Positions 8,149 through 17,865 of a stretch of 51,556 nucleotides of DNA are shown piece by piece. The DNA is from a virus (Duplodnaviria; Caudoviricetes). The position numbers were made by a program, and so were the translations under genes. The first letter of the stretch is position 1. Each line of letters opens with the position of its first letter. The notes beneath the pieces were generated by a model. That model ran no database searches, was not told the origin of the DNA, and saw only the letters and a program-made list of their open reading frames with translations. Location of the stretch: the IMG/VR virus record IMGVR_UViG_3300048778_000586, positions 1 through 51,556 of that record; one strand, given 5' to 3'.

Positions 8149-10818
8149 ATGAAGCTTTTACTGCATAACGGCGCTCGAGCGGTTGCGCGGCCTGATACTG
8201 GACGGCTCGGCGAGTCGTCCCTACCTATTGAATGGCAGGGCGCATTGCGGCCGGATGTGACACAGGGCGAGATCGAACGCGCTAATAATCAGATTCAGCG
8301 TTTCGCGCGGCTCCATGAGCAGATGCGCACGTTATTCGATTCCAATGACCGGATGCAGCGCAGTTACGACAGCTCGACCACCACCCAGTTCAATGCGGAC
8401 ATGAGGGGTACGTTCGGCAGCGCCAATGCCGAAATAATGACGAGCGATTATTCGACGCGCGCGCGCTCCCGCACCATCGCCAAGGACACACCCCAGGGCA
8501 AAGCCGTCATCCGCACGTTCCAAAACAATGTCGTGGGCGATGACCCGTTCAAGCTCGACATGCGGTTCGGCACTTGGACGAAGAAAAAAAATGCCGTGAG
8601 CGGCCAGTCCGAACGCCAGTTCGTCGAGGACGAAGAGGTCAATGCCGCCATCGAGGCTGAATGGGAAATTGCCGGCCAGCCGGAAAATTTCACGGTTAAA
8701 ATGAACATGAGCCGGATGGAGGCGGAACGCATCATGGAGGCCAGTGCTGTGCGCGATGGATTCATTTTAATGCGCCATCAGCGCGGCTTCCCACGCAATC
8801 CCTTCAGGTACGCCGTGGAACTACTCGAGTGCGACCGTCTTCAGAGCGCTTTCATGGGAAAATCCGATACCGGAAATCCCATCCGGTTCAGCATCGAGTA
8901 TGACAAACAATGGAATTATCCGGTGGCTTACTGGATTTTGACGCGGCACCCGGGCGACATCTTCGGACAGTCCACCATGGCCGGCTCGGTCGCCGGCGGC
9001 AATGGCTATGGCGGATCAGACAGCCAGGGACAATTGTTCCGAGAGCGCATTGACGCCGGGGACATCGTGATGTTCAATAATCTCCGCGACCGGGCGGAAC
9101 AAGATATCGGATTTACCGAACTCGACGCCAGTGTGCAATCGCTCTGGCGGCTGTTCCAATACGAAAAGGCGCTCACCTACGCGGCCATTGCGAGTTGCAT
9201 GAAGCCGTTCTGGATCAAAAAGAATTTCCCGACCGGGATGCAGTTTACCACGGAGGAGATTGAAACCTTCCTCAAGAACGCCAATGTGGGCACCGAAGGC
9301 GGCGCGGGCGCGGCGGCGGACGGCGCGCCGGGCAACAGCGGGGCGACCTCGCGCCAGCAACGCATCGCCCAGCGCGTCAGCGCGGATGTGCCGGGATCCA
9401 CCCTCGACCTACCTTGGGGTCTGGAATTGATGCAGACCGACCCGAAGTTCCCCATCGAAGCGGCCCACGAATTTCGGCAGGATAATCAGCGCGACATCGC
9501 CGTGGCCACCGGCACGTCGTATCAGGACGTTTCCGGCGATTTCCAGAACCTCGGCTTTGCCGCGGCGCTCATGTGCCAGACGCCCAAGCAGGATTATTGC
9601 AAAATACGGCAGCGGAATTTCATTGATTGCGCCGTGCGCCCCGTGTTCAGAGAATGGCTGCGCGCAACGATTTTATCCGGCCGGTTCGATGAAAAATATC
9701 CCGATATCGTCGTCTCCATCACGAAGATCGAGGATTATGTGCAGGCGGCCAAGTTCAAAGGCAAACGCTGGGCTTTCGTCAATCCGCTCGTGCAGGCGCA
9801 GACGCTCATCATTATGATGGAGGCCGAAATCCTCTCGCCGCAACAGGTGCAGGATCAGTTGCCCGATGGCGTCAGCATCGAGACTCTTTACACGCTCATC
9901 GCCGAGGCCAAGGCCGAACACACAAAACACGGATTGGATGTCGAGGATGCTTCAAACATGGACGTGACACGACCCACCATCAGCAAGGGCGAACCAGGCG
10001 AAATCAGGCCCGCCCCGAAGGAATTAGGCGCTGGCGGTGCTGCGCAACCCATTCCCGCACGCCGACCGGCCAATCCTGTCAGAAGCCAATTGGGCCGCAA
10101 CCTGGACACCTCGGATTCCGTGCTCTATCTCGTCCGGCACGGTGAGACTCAGTTGAATGCGGACGGCATGACTCGCGGCTGGGCCAACCCGCCTCTGAAT
10201 GATGCCGGCCGGAAAGAGGCGGCCGATGCCGCCGACGAACTGGCGAACCGCGGCATCACCCTTATCGTCACATCCGACCTGACGCGCGCGGTTGAAACCG
10301 CCACCATTATCGGCGAGAAAATAAACGCGCAGGTCGTCGTTGATCCCGGATTGCGGCCGTGGGGATTCGGGCCGGAGATTGAAGGCAAAAATTCCGTTGA
10401 GGTCGCCCCGCAGATCGAGCATTACGCACGCAACCCCGATGAACGCCCCGCCGGCAGTTATCCCGATGGGCAATTGCCCGAGACATTCAATCAATACCGT
10501 AAGCGGATTTTCACGGCCATTGAGAAAATCCAGAACACATATCCGTCCGGTGCCACTGCCATCGTCACCCATTACCGCACGTTCAAGGCGCTGGAATCAC
10601 GCACGGAAGGCCATGATGTGGACGTGGACACGTTCATCGCGCGCGCACCGGACAATCCCGGGTCGGTCTATGTGCTCGAAAATGGGGAGCTGTCGGAGAA
10701 GCTACCTGAGAAATCCAGCCCCGAAAGCGTTCGGGGTTCAAGCCGGAAAAGAAAACCGCGTGGCATCTCGAAACAGACGATGGCGCTGATACAAGGGCAA
10801 GGGGATGGGAAATCGTAG
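8149..10818 (+). CDS. lambda-family portal protein fused to a C-terminal histidine phosphatase domain
   Basis: Portal motifs (RARSRTIAKD, VELLECDRL, PVAYWI, YQDVSGDFQNLGFAA, RWAFVNP) followed by LYLVRHGET...PLN..GR...TSDLTRAVET...IVTH. Confidence 0.9.
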   Translation: MKLLLHNGARAVARPDTGRLGESSLPIEWQGALRPDVTQGEIERANNQIQRFARLHEQMRTLFDSNDRMQRSYDSSTTTQFNADMRGTFGSANAEIMTSDYSTRARSRTIAKDTPQGKAVIRTFQNNVVGDDPFKLDMRFGTWTKKKNAVSGQSERQFVEDEEVNAAIEAEWEIAGQPENFTVKMNMSRMEAERIMEASAVRDGFILMRHQRGFPRNPFRYAVELLECDRLQSAFMGKSDTGNPIRFSIEYDKQWNYPVAYWILTRHPGDIFGQSTMAGSVAGGNGYGGSDSQGQLFRERIDAGDIVMFNNLRDRAEQDIGFTELDASVQSLWRLFQYEKALTYAAIASCMKPFWIKKNFPTGMQFTTEEIETFLKNANVGTEGGAGAAADGAPGNSGATSRQQRIAQRVSADVPGSTLDLPWGLELMQTDPKFPIEAAHEFRQDNQRDIAVATGTSYQDVSGDFQNLGFAAALMCQTPKQDYCKIRQRNFIDCAVRPVFREWLRATILSGRFDEKYPDIVVSITKIEDYVQAAKFKGKRWAFVNPLVQAQTLIIMMEAEILSPQQVQDQLPDGVSIETLYTLIAEAKAEHTKHGLDVEDASNMDVTRPTISKGEPGEIRPAPKELGAGGAAQPIPARRPANPVRSQLGRNLDTSDSVLYLVRHGETQLNADGMTRGWANPPLNDAGRKEAADAADELANRGITLIVTSDLTRAVETATIIGEKINAQVVVDPGLRPWGFGPEIEGKNSVEVAPQIEHYARNPDERPAGSYPDGQLPETFNQYRKRIFTAIEKIQNTYPSGATAIVTHYRTFKALESRTEGHDVDVDTFIARAPDNPGSVYVLENGELSEKLPEKSSPESVRGSSRKRKPRGISKQTMALIQGQGDGKS

Positions 10819-10878
10819 TTTTTAGTTTTTAATTTTTAATTTTAAGTTTAACCACAAAGACACGAAGAACACGAAGTT

Positions 10879-11379
10879 ATGAAAGATCACATTGCCAAAA
10901 CCATTGCCGACCTGAAATCCGAACGTGCCAAGCTGGACGAAATCATCGCCACGCTTGAACGGTATGGCGCCGCCACAAGTGATGCGCCGGAAGTAGCCGT
11001 TCCCGCCGAACGGCTCGGCGAGCCGTTCTTATCTAAAACAAGAAAATACACCCGCCGCGCGGTAAGGCCGATTTCTACAACAGCCACACGCAACCTGAAG
11101 GTTGCGGCTACAAAAGTTACGGGTATGGATTTGGACAAGCCGACCACGGTTGGCGGGGCAATGAAGTTGATCTGCAAGGCGTACGTCAAAAAATCCTTTA
11201 CGATGCAGGATGTGATCGCGGCACTCGAAGCGGACAAGGATTACAATAAATTCTATCAGGAATCAAGCGGTGTCTCGACGGTCTATGCGAATCTGGCTTA
11301 TTGGAGCAAGACCGGAAAATTGGAAAAGATCGGCGAAGGCGCGGATGCGACCTATAAGGTTTTGGATTTGGATTTTTAA
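10879..11379 (+). CDS. hypothetical protein (coiled-coil plus winged-helix-like C-terminus)
   Basis: IADLKSERAKLDEIIATLE N-terminus; in-frame family B insert. Confidence 0.6.
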   Translation: MKDHIAKTIADLKSERAKLDEIIATLERYGAATSDAPEVAVPAERLGEPFLSKTRKYTRRAVRPISTTATRNLKVAATKVTGMDLDKPTTVGGAMKLICKAYVKKSFTMQDVIAALEADKDYNKFYQESSGVSTVYANLAYWSKTGKLEKIGEGADATYKVLDLDF

Positions 11380-11417
11380 GAATTTACCGCAATATCGCGG
11401 TGAAAAAAAAAGGAAAT

Positions 11418-11588
11418 ATGGTAAAAAATACAACACAAAAAACCACGGTCACGAAAACCCCCGCCGCAACGACCGGCACCGAACACATCGTTGCGCCCGC
11501 CAAGTCGGTGGTCGGTGAACAAACGATAACTCACCCGGTCAGCAAGCCGATCCCGGGCGCTACGAAAACCGTAGCCGAGACGAAGTAA
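11418..11588 (+). CDS. small Thr/Lys-rich hypothetical protein
   Basis: ATG 11418 after a purine-rich leader. Confidence 0.4.
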   Translation: MVKNTTQKTTVTKTPAATTGTEHIVAPAKSVVGEQTITHPVSKPIPGATKTVAETK

Positions 11589-11846
11589 TCTCTCACGGAC
11601 TCACAGCCACACAGCAAGTTGCTGTGTGGCCTAACACGGATGAATTTGGCGGGGGCGTGCATGTCAGGCGCGGAATACTTTTTCCAGCCCCAAGTGTGCG
11701 CCCTACGCCGCTTCTGAAGGAGTTGAAGGTTGAAAGTTGAGGGTTGAGAGAAGGAAAATGCCACCTCACCCCTTCCCTCTCCCCCCAAGGCGGAGAGGGA
11801 GAAGATGGTAAAGTTGAAGGGCTGGGTGACTTCATGGCGTTTTCGT

Positions 11847-14360
11847 ATGCCAGTGAAACATTCCCGCGCCGCTTCCCACGCCGTCCATCTCTATCGTTAC
11901 GCCAAGGTGGATCCCACCAGCGGCGATGAAAAGGAACGCACGTTCCAAGTCGCTTTCTCTTCCGAACATCCCGTCCCGCGCAAGGCCAATGACTTGGATG
12001 TCGAACTCGGCGCCTGTTCACGGAAGGGTGAGAAATACCTGGAAGTCTTGAGCCATGCCGCCGGTGATTATGATATCTCGCCCATGAACAATTCCGGCGC
12101 CCTGCTCGACGAGCACCAGGAACAATTCCATTTGGGCAACATCAAACACGCCGAAGTCTCCACCGACTTGTTGGGTCGCGCCATGATCTGGTATGACGGT
12201 ATCACCGACCTTTCCAAAACCCGCGCCGAACAGATGCGCTCCGGGTCGCGGCCGCATGTCTCTTTTGGCTATTTCCATACCCGCTTTTTGGGCGACATGA
12301 AGTTGCCCGATGGCCGCTCCGCAAAACGGTTCGCGTGGCTCGGAGATGAAATTTCCAGCGTGTCCAGTCCCGCCGATCCCAAAGCCGGCAAACACCGCAG
12401 CGCCGGCGATCTGCCGCATTGCCTTCATTGCGGCCAGGAATTTGATGATGACGATCTGGACAAGGACGGCCGCTGCGCCGATTGCGGGCCGGTCGCGCGC
12501 GCGCTCAAAGACCGCATTATCCGCGCCGCTGACAAGGACGTTTCCGCCAATGACCTCGGAACCAAAGTGGCCACTGCCGCGGAGCAGGATGATCGCTTCA
12601 CCGGCAGGGACGACAAAGGCACACGCACCGGCTGGGTGCAAGTCCAGGACTTGACCCATGACGGCACGAACTGGTCGGCCACTCTTAATTGCTCCAAGGA
12701 CGGTAAAAAATACGAGGTGCCCGTCGCCGTTGCCGATGATGGCGCGGTCAAACTCGGCGCCGAAAAACGCAGCGAAGTTGACTTGAATAAATTTGTATCC
12801 GAACCCGGACCAGAAAAGAAAAACAATTTACGAACCAAGCCTATGGAACTCGACGAAAAATCAATTCGTGCCAACGAACGCGCTACCGCCGTGGCTGAAC
12901 TCACTCCCGAGATTCAAAAAACCACGCGCGCCACTGTCGTTGCGGAATTCCAAACTCAAAGCGCCGCCCAGAAAACCAAGCGCACCACCCTTCGTAACGA
13001 GCTTCATCCGCTGGCGGATGCCTTTATCAAGGACCACGGCACCAAATGGGTTGGCGACACCGGCAATGTCCAGGTCTTGGGTGAGCGCATCCGCGCTCTC
13101 GAGCAGGAAGCCTATGACGCGCCGGAAGATCATACCCTCCCGGAAATCCGCACCGATTTCAAAGTCAAGGTTCAAGACCTCATCTCCCGGTCCCGTGCTC
13201 CCAAAAAACAGGAGGAAGCCGCCATGCTGCCGGATAAATTGGCCAGCCGTTGCTCGCTGGGTAATGTTTTCAGAGCGGCCAGTGAAGCCTCTCAAAAAGG
13301 AAATCGCAGCTCTTGTTTCATACCCACAAGTGGTGCTGAAAAAGAGGCGAATGATGAACTTCGTCGCGCTGCCGCCGACTTCCCGGGCGGTTTGAACATT
13401 TTCGGCGAAGGCGGACTGCATTTGCCCATGAACATGCCGTCCGGCCTGTTCCGCAAGGACGGCCGCAGCGGACGCATGACCCGCGATGCCCTGGCCACTG
13501 ATTTCCCGACCGCCGGCGCCTTGATTACACCCCAGTTTATCTGGCCCATGATTGATTTGCTCCGCAACATGCCCGCGCTTTCCCGTCTTGGCATGGTCTG
13601 GTTGAGTGGTGTGGTTGGCAATCTCGTTCTACCCCGACAGGAAGCTGCCACCATCGCACAATGGCTTCCTGAAGGTGCACAATTGACAGCTTACGACCAG
13701 GTGCTCGGCCAGATCAAGATGTCACCGCACCGCGTCGGCAGCCGCCAGAATTATTCACGGCTTGCACTCATTCAAACCACCCCCGATTTCGAGGCCATGG
13801 TCATACGCGACCACATGGCCGTCATCGCCCTCGCCATTGATGAAGCGGGAATCAACGGCCAAGGCGCCGCCGACCAGCCGCTGGGCATCCTGAACCAGCC
13901 CGGCATCGGTTCGGTTGCCTTTGGCGGCGCGGCTGCCACTGCTTATGCCCGAATGGTGGCCATGGAAACCGCCATCCGTAAATCCAACATTTACGATCCG
14001 GTTTCGTTCCTCTCCACCAGTGTCGTGCGCGGCACGTTGCGCGTCACGCCCGCCACTCTCACCGGTTCAACCGTTGTCAGCGGCTCAACCAACTCCGTCT
14101 GGACGACCGAGAACGGCGAGGAAAATGTCATCGGCCGGCCCGCCGTGGACAGCCAACAAGTGCCCGGCGATATTATGATCGCCATTGCCGCCAATCATCT
14201 CATTGGTGCACAATGGGGCGGACTGGCCGTGGTGCTCGATACTTTGTCACGCGCGGATTTCGACGAATATAAACTGTCCATCAACACTTATGTGGACTTT
14301 GCACTGCGCCACCCGCAGGCCGTCTGCCGCAGCGCGGATTCTCTGGCTGTACTCACTTAA
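11847..14360 (+). CDS. prohead protease / scaffold / HK97-fold major capsid polyprotein
   Basis: Protease motifs VAFSSEHPV, LLDEH, VSFGY, EISSVSSPAD; capsid motifs GALIT.Q...IDLLRN, GNLVLPRQ, QPLGILN, VDFALRHP. ATG 11847 follows the TGACT motif. Confidence 0.9.
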   Translation: MPVKHSRAASHAVHLYRYAKVDPTSGDEKERTFQVAFSSEHPVPRKANDLDVELGACSRKGEKYLEVLSHAAGDYDISPMNNSGALLDEHQEQFHLGNIKHAEVSTDLLGRAMIWYDGITDLSKTRAEQMRSGSRPHVSFGYFHTRFLGDMKLPDGRSAKRFAWLGDEISSVSSPADPKAGKHRSAGDLPHCLHCGQEFDDDDLDKDGRCADCGPVARALKDRIIRAADKDVSANDLGTKVATAAEQDDRFTGRDDKGTRTGWVQVQDLTHDGTNWSATLNCSKDGKKYEVPVAVADDGAVKLGAEKRSEVDLNKFVSEPGPEKKNNLRTKPMELDEKSIRANERATAVAELTPEIQKTTRATVVAEFQTQSAAQKTKRTTLRNELHPLADAFIKDHGTKWVGDTGNVQVLGERIRALEQEAYDAPEDHTLPEIRTDFKVKVQDLISRSRAPKKQEEAAMLPDKLASRCSLGNVFRAASEASQKGNRSSCFIPTSGAEKEANDELRRAAADFPGGLNIFGEGGLHLPMNMPSGLFRKDGRSGRMTRDALATDFPTAGALITPQFIWPMIDLLRNMPALSRLGMVWLSGVVGNLVLPRQEAATIAQWLPEGAQLTAYDQVLGQIKMSPHRVGSRQNYSRLALIQTTPDFEAMVIRDHMAVIALAIDEAGINGQGAADQPLGILNQPGIGSVAFGGAAATAYARMVAMETAIRKSNIYDPVSFLSTSVVRGTLRVTPATLTGSTVVSGSTNSVWTTENGEENVIGRPAVDSQQVPGDIMIAIAANHLIGAQWGGLAVVLDTLSRADFDEYKLSINTYVDFALRHPQAVCRSADSLAVLT

Positions 14361-14428
14361 ACAATTTGACGAATACGCAACCTCAAGGTTGCGGTTACAT
14401 AAATACGAATTTTAACGAACAAAAAACT

Positions 14429-15052
14429 ATGAAATTCAACAAATGGTTTGTCGGACTCGCAACCTCCGCCGCAGTCATGTTGGCCTGCTCCGCGCGCGCC
14501 GTAATCGGTTTTGATGCGTTCGCCAATACGCGCACCGCCGTTCTGGTTGCCCCCACCAACTTCGCCGCCGGCACCGCTTTCTCGAACGCCCCCATTGACC
14601 ATATCGGTTTGATTGGCCGCGGTGTTGTGACCATCTTTTCCGGCAAAGGCGCGGCCAATCCCACCGGCACGCTCACCGCACAAGTGGTGACATCGCCCGA
14701 TATGACGAATTGGTTCGTTCTCACCAATTTCGCCCTCATCACCACCCCCACCGCCTTTCCTATTACCAACGGCTTTTATGGCGGAACAAATCTGGCCACG
14801 ACCAACAATATCCTTCTGCCCGGCACCGTCACCACACCCGTTGGCAGCACTGCGGGTTGGGTCACTCCTTATCTGGCTCCCTTGGCATTCACCAATGGTG
14901 GTCCCGTTACCATCACCACGCCCGGAGTTTATCAATTGGCGTTCAACTTGGACGACCAGTATCGCTATATTGGCATCCAGTTCGTCCCGTCTGCCACCAG
15001 CGGCACGAACTTTGTCGGGAGCGCCACTTTGACCGCGCCGAACATTTATTGA
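14429..15052 (+). CDS. putative capsid decoration protein with a Sec signal peptide
   Basis: Directly after the capsid gene; MKFNKWFVGLATSAAVMLACSARA signal; beta-rich and T/N-rich; paralogous to 15596..16564. Confidence 0.6.
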   Translation: MKFNKWFVGLATSAAVMLACSARAVIGFDAFANTRTAVLVAPTNFAAGTAFSNAPIDHIGLIGRGVVTIFSGKGAANPTGTLTAQVVTSPDMTNWFVLTNFALITTPTAFPITNGFYGGTNLATTNNILLPGTVTTPVGSTAGWVTPYLAPLAFTNGGPVTITTPGVYQLAFNLDDQYRYIGIQFVPSATSGTNFVGSATLTAPNIY

Positions 15053-15091
15053 CCCATTTCAAACCAAACACCACAACCGTTTACAAAAACT

Positions 15092-15508
15092 ATGAAACTC
15101 GTCGCTTGCAAAAATTTCGCCAATGTTCCCTCATTGGGCTTGAAAGTGAATCCCGAAGACGTTGGCTTCGTGCACCCACTCCATGTCCATAAGGGCTATC
15201 GCTTTGATATCGGCACCGGCAAGATTTACGGCGATTCCAAGACCCAAACCGATCTGACCCAGCCCGAACGCACCCTCATCGCCCAACTAATCGTCTCGAA
15301 GAGCGCCGTCATTGATGACGGCTCTTCCGAGAGCAAGGCCGTCATCGCCCGGATTGATGCCGAAGTGGCTGTGGAACGCAAAGCTGATGCCGCCGCCGCC
15401 AAGGTCCTCAGCCAGCCTGAAATGATTGCGGCCGCCGTCGCCAGTGCCCTGACTCCCTATTTCAAGGGCGGTAAATTGAAGCCCGCGGCGGATGCTGAAA
15501 TCAGTTGA
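15092..15508 (+). CDS. hypothetical head-module protein
   Basis: 138-aa ORF with an A/C-rich leader, followed by a terminator. Confidence 0.65.
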   Translation: MKLVACKNFANVPSLGLKVNPEDVGFVHPLHVHKGYRFDIGTGKIYGDSKTQTDLTQPERTLIAQLIVSKSAVIDDGSSESKAVIARIDAEVAVERKADAAAAKVLSQPEMIAAAVASALTPYFKGGKLKPAADAEIS

Positions 15509-15530
15509 TCGCAGATTTGATTTTCTCAAC

Positions 15531-15563
15531 CCAGCTCCTGTTCGCAGGGGCTGGTTTTTTTTT
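15531..15563 (+). terminator. intrinsic terminator of the capsid operon
   Basis: CCAGCTCCTG-TTCG-CAGGGGCTGG stem-loop followed by T9. Confidence 0.85.
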
Positions 15564-15595
15564 GACTCAGGAAACTTAATGAGAACCTTGACCTT

Positions 15596-16564
15596 ATGAA
15601 ACGAACCATTCCAGCACTCGCCCTGTTGATCGGGATTTTTTTCCTGACACTTCCCGCCACCGCCCAATTCGGTTTGGATCAGTTTGCCGTGCCGCGTCCC
15701 ATTGTCCTGGCATCGCCGCAATCTCTGACGACCGCATTGACCACCAACGGGCCGATTGATACCCATGGTTATATCGGCGTGGGCACCGTGTTATTGACCA
15801 GCTCCACCAATCCTTATCCCGCCGCCGTCACCAACCTGTCCGGCCTGTTGCCTCTGACGACCATCGGCATCACCAATCTACCCGCCACAGGCAATACCCT
15901 CACCATCACTCTGGATGCCACCAACCAGGTCTTTATCTGGACGAATAATACTACGGTAGGCCCCGTAATGGTCCGCATCGGCGCCAGCACCGCCGTTTCC
16001 GCCACGAACCTTAACACCGTCCTTACCACCGGTGGTTATACCGTCGCCCAAGCCAGCCCGACCGTTCTTTTACTCACCGGCTCGACCAATGACACGTTGC
16101 TGACCGCCATCAATTCGCTCGGCTGGGGCACCAACCAGAATACCACGATTTATTCCGTCACCAATGTTGTGACCGCAGGCGCCGGCACACTCACAGCGAC
16201 TCTTGAAGTTTCAAGCAATACCACGGATTGGACCGCCCTCAATAATTACGCCGAGGGTGTTCCGACAATTCTTGTGCGCACTAATCTTTCATCCGGCTCC
16301 GCAGTCCTGGCGACCAACCTATCCCTTGTGCCCGGCGTTCTGACGGTGCCCAATGCCGCCCTCTACGGTTATGCCACGCCGGTTCTGGCGCCGGCGTTGT
16401 TCAATAATTCCGGCGCAATCACCATGGGCGGCTTGAATGTCACGGAAATTGCCTATCAAGTGTCGCCAACACTCGGTTATCTGCACGTCATCTGGACGGC
16501 CACCGGTCCCCTCACCACCAATGCCGCCGTTTCTGCCACGTTCAACGGAGTCAAAAGCCAGTAA
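15596..16564 (+). CDS. putative decoration protein paralogue with a Sec signal peptide
   Basis: MKRTIPALALLIGIFFLTLPATAQ signal; shares GxDxFA..R, PIDxxGxIGxG and GTLTA...T[DN]W with 14429..15052. Confidence 0.6.
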   Translation: MKRTIPALALLIGIFFLTLPATAQFGLDQFAVPRPIVLASPQSLTTALTTNGPIDTHGYIGVGTVLLTSSTNPYPAAVTNLSGLLPLTTIGITNLPATGNTLTITLDATNQVFIWTNNTTVGPVMVRIGASTAVSATNLNTVLTTGGYTVAQASPTVLLLTGSTNDTLLTAINSLGWGTNQNTTIYSVTNVVTAGAGTLTATLEVSSNTTDWTALNNYAEGVPTILVRTNLSSGSAVLATNLSLVPGVLTVPNAALYGYATPVLAPALFNNSGAITMGGLNVTEIAYQVSPTLGYLHVIWTATGPLTTNAAVSATFNGVKSQ

Positions 16565-16565
16565 T

Positions 16566-17060
16566 ATGATTCGACTCTCCGCCATCCTGTTATGCTTTAC
16601 AGCGTCCCTCTATGCCGCTGATCCCATCCTGCCCGACCCGAAATTAACCCCCGGCGATGTGCTCACGAACGTCACCGTCGAGCAAATCACACAGAAAGGC
16701 TACGCCAATGTCATCAATGGCGGCGACCGGGATGTGCCGGAAAGTGAGAAACGCCAAGTCTTCATCGAATACTTCAGTGCCGTTCCCACCAACCATGGCC
16801 AATACGAGGTTGACCACCTGATTTCACTCGAGCTGGGCGGCAGCAATGATCCTAAAAATCTCTGGCCGCAGAGTTATGTCACCCTGCCGTTCAATGCCCA
16901 CGTCAAGGACAAGCTCGAGGACAGGATGGCCGCTCTGGTCCGGCAAGACCTCGCCAATAACGGACATGATTCGGCTACTGCGCTGCTCAAACAGTTCCAG
17001 ACAGAGATCGCCACCAACTGGATCGTGGCCTATCATAAATACGTCTCAACCAATCCGTGA
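16566..17060 (+). CDS. secreted HNH-type nuclease
   Basis: MIRLSAILLCFTASLYAAD signal; YEVDHLISLELGGSNDPKNLWPQ...KDKLE HNH core. Confidence 0.75.
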   Translation: MIRLSAILLCFTASLYAADPILPDPKLTPGDVLTNVTVEQITQKGYANVINGGDRDVPESEKRQVFIEYFSAVPTNHGQYEVDHLISLELGGSNDPKNLWPQSYVTLPFNAHVKDKLEDRMAALVRQDLANNGHDSATALLKQFQTEIATNWIVAYHKYVSTNP

Positions 17061-17425
17061 ACCCCTTTGACGCCCATGCCGAATCGCTCGCCCAGCTCCA
17101 GGAAGAACTGGGCACGCCCATCAATGGCAAGGCCGGCGGACAGATCATTTATCCCGCGCCCGGCGGCAAGGTGCTCGCCGCCATCGTCGGCGTGTTCGAG
17201 GCGCAGCAACGGTTGCGACCCGATGGCACCGGCTTTTCACCCTTCGTGAGCGGCACCGTATGGCTCCTGAAATCCTTGTGCGATCCGAACTGGACGTTCA
17301 AGAGCGGACAGTTTATGACCGTGACCGCCCCTGGCGGCGCCGCGCGCAACTGCAAAATCTTCACCGTCGAGGATAAATTCACCTTCTGGCAGATCGCCGT
17401 GGATGACCAAAGCCAGGCGGCGTGA
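17057..17425 (+). CDS. putative head-tail adaptor/closure protein
   Basis: 122-aa beta-rich protein at the end of the head module; synteny only. Confidence 0.45.
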   Translation: MNPFDAHAESLAQLQEELGTPINGKAGGQIIYPAPGGKVLAAIVGVFEAQQRLRPDGTGFSPFVSGTVWLLKSLCDPNWTFKSGQFMTVTAPGGAARNCKIFTVEDKFTFWQIAVDDQSQAA

Positions 17426-17580
17426 CGAAATGGTTGAGAGTTGAGGGTTGAATGTTGAGAGCCTGAATTTTCCCACCAGGTAGGTACGCATCGGCGATGC
17501 GTACGAATTCCCCACCAACTTTTCCCACCAAATCGCGCCGTTCAACCTTCAACTTTCAACTCTCAACCTTCAACCGTTTA

Positions 17581-17793
17581 TCACGCCTTTCCCGCCGCCC
17601 GCCGCTTCCGCATCAACGCCGCCTGCTGCGGCCGGATCACATCCCGGCACCCCTCACAATGACCATACGGCTTGCCTGTGCGCTTGTTGAAATCGCGCGG
17701 ATCCCCACAGATGGGGCAGTTTCCCACCTCACGCTGCCGCGCCGCCCAATTCGCCTGCGGCGACCTCTTCTCGACTTGTTTTCTTTTTTTCAT
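17581..17793 (-). CDS. small basic zinc-finger protein
   Basis: CPIC...CEGC, Arg/Lys-rich. Confidence 0.55.
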   Translation of the reverse strand: MKKRKQVEKRSPQANWAARQREVGNCPICGDPRDFNKRTGKPYGHCEGCRDVIRPQQAALMRKRRAAGKA

Positions 17794-17865
17794 TTAATAG
17801 TTGAATGTTGAATGTTGAATGTTGAGCGTTTTAGGTCTTTCAACCCTCAACCCCTCAACCCTCAT

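Noticed and set aside
11805-11846. ORF-track starts at 11805, and likewise 14366, 16437, 36688, 39019, 47025
   Set aside because: The extensions run through repeats or overlapping genes; downstream ATGs fit leaders and signal peptides better.
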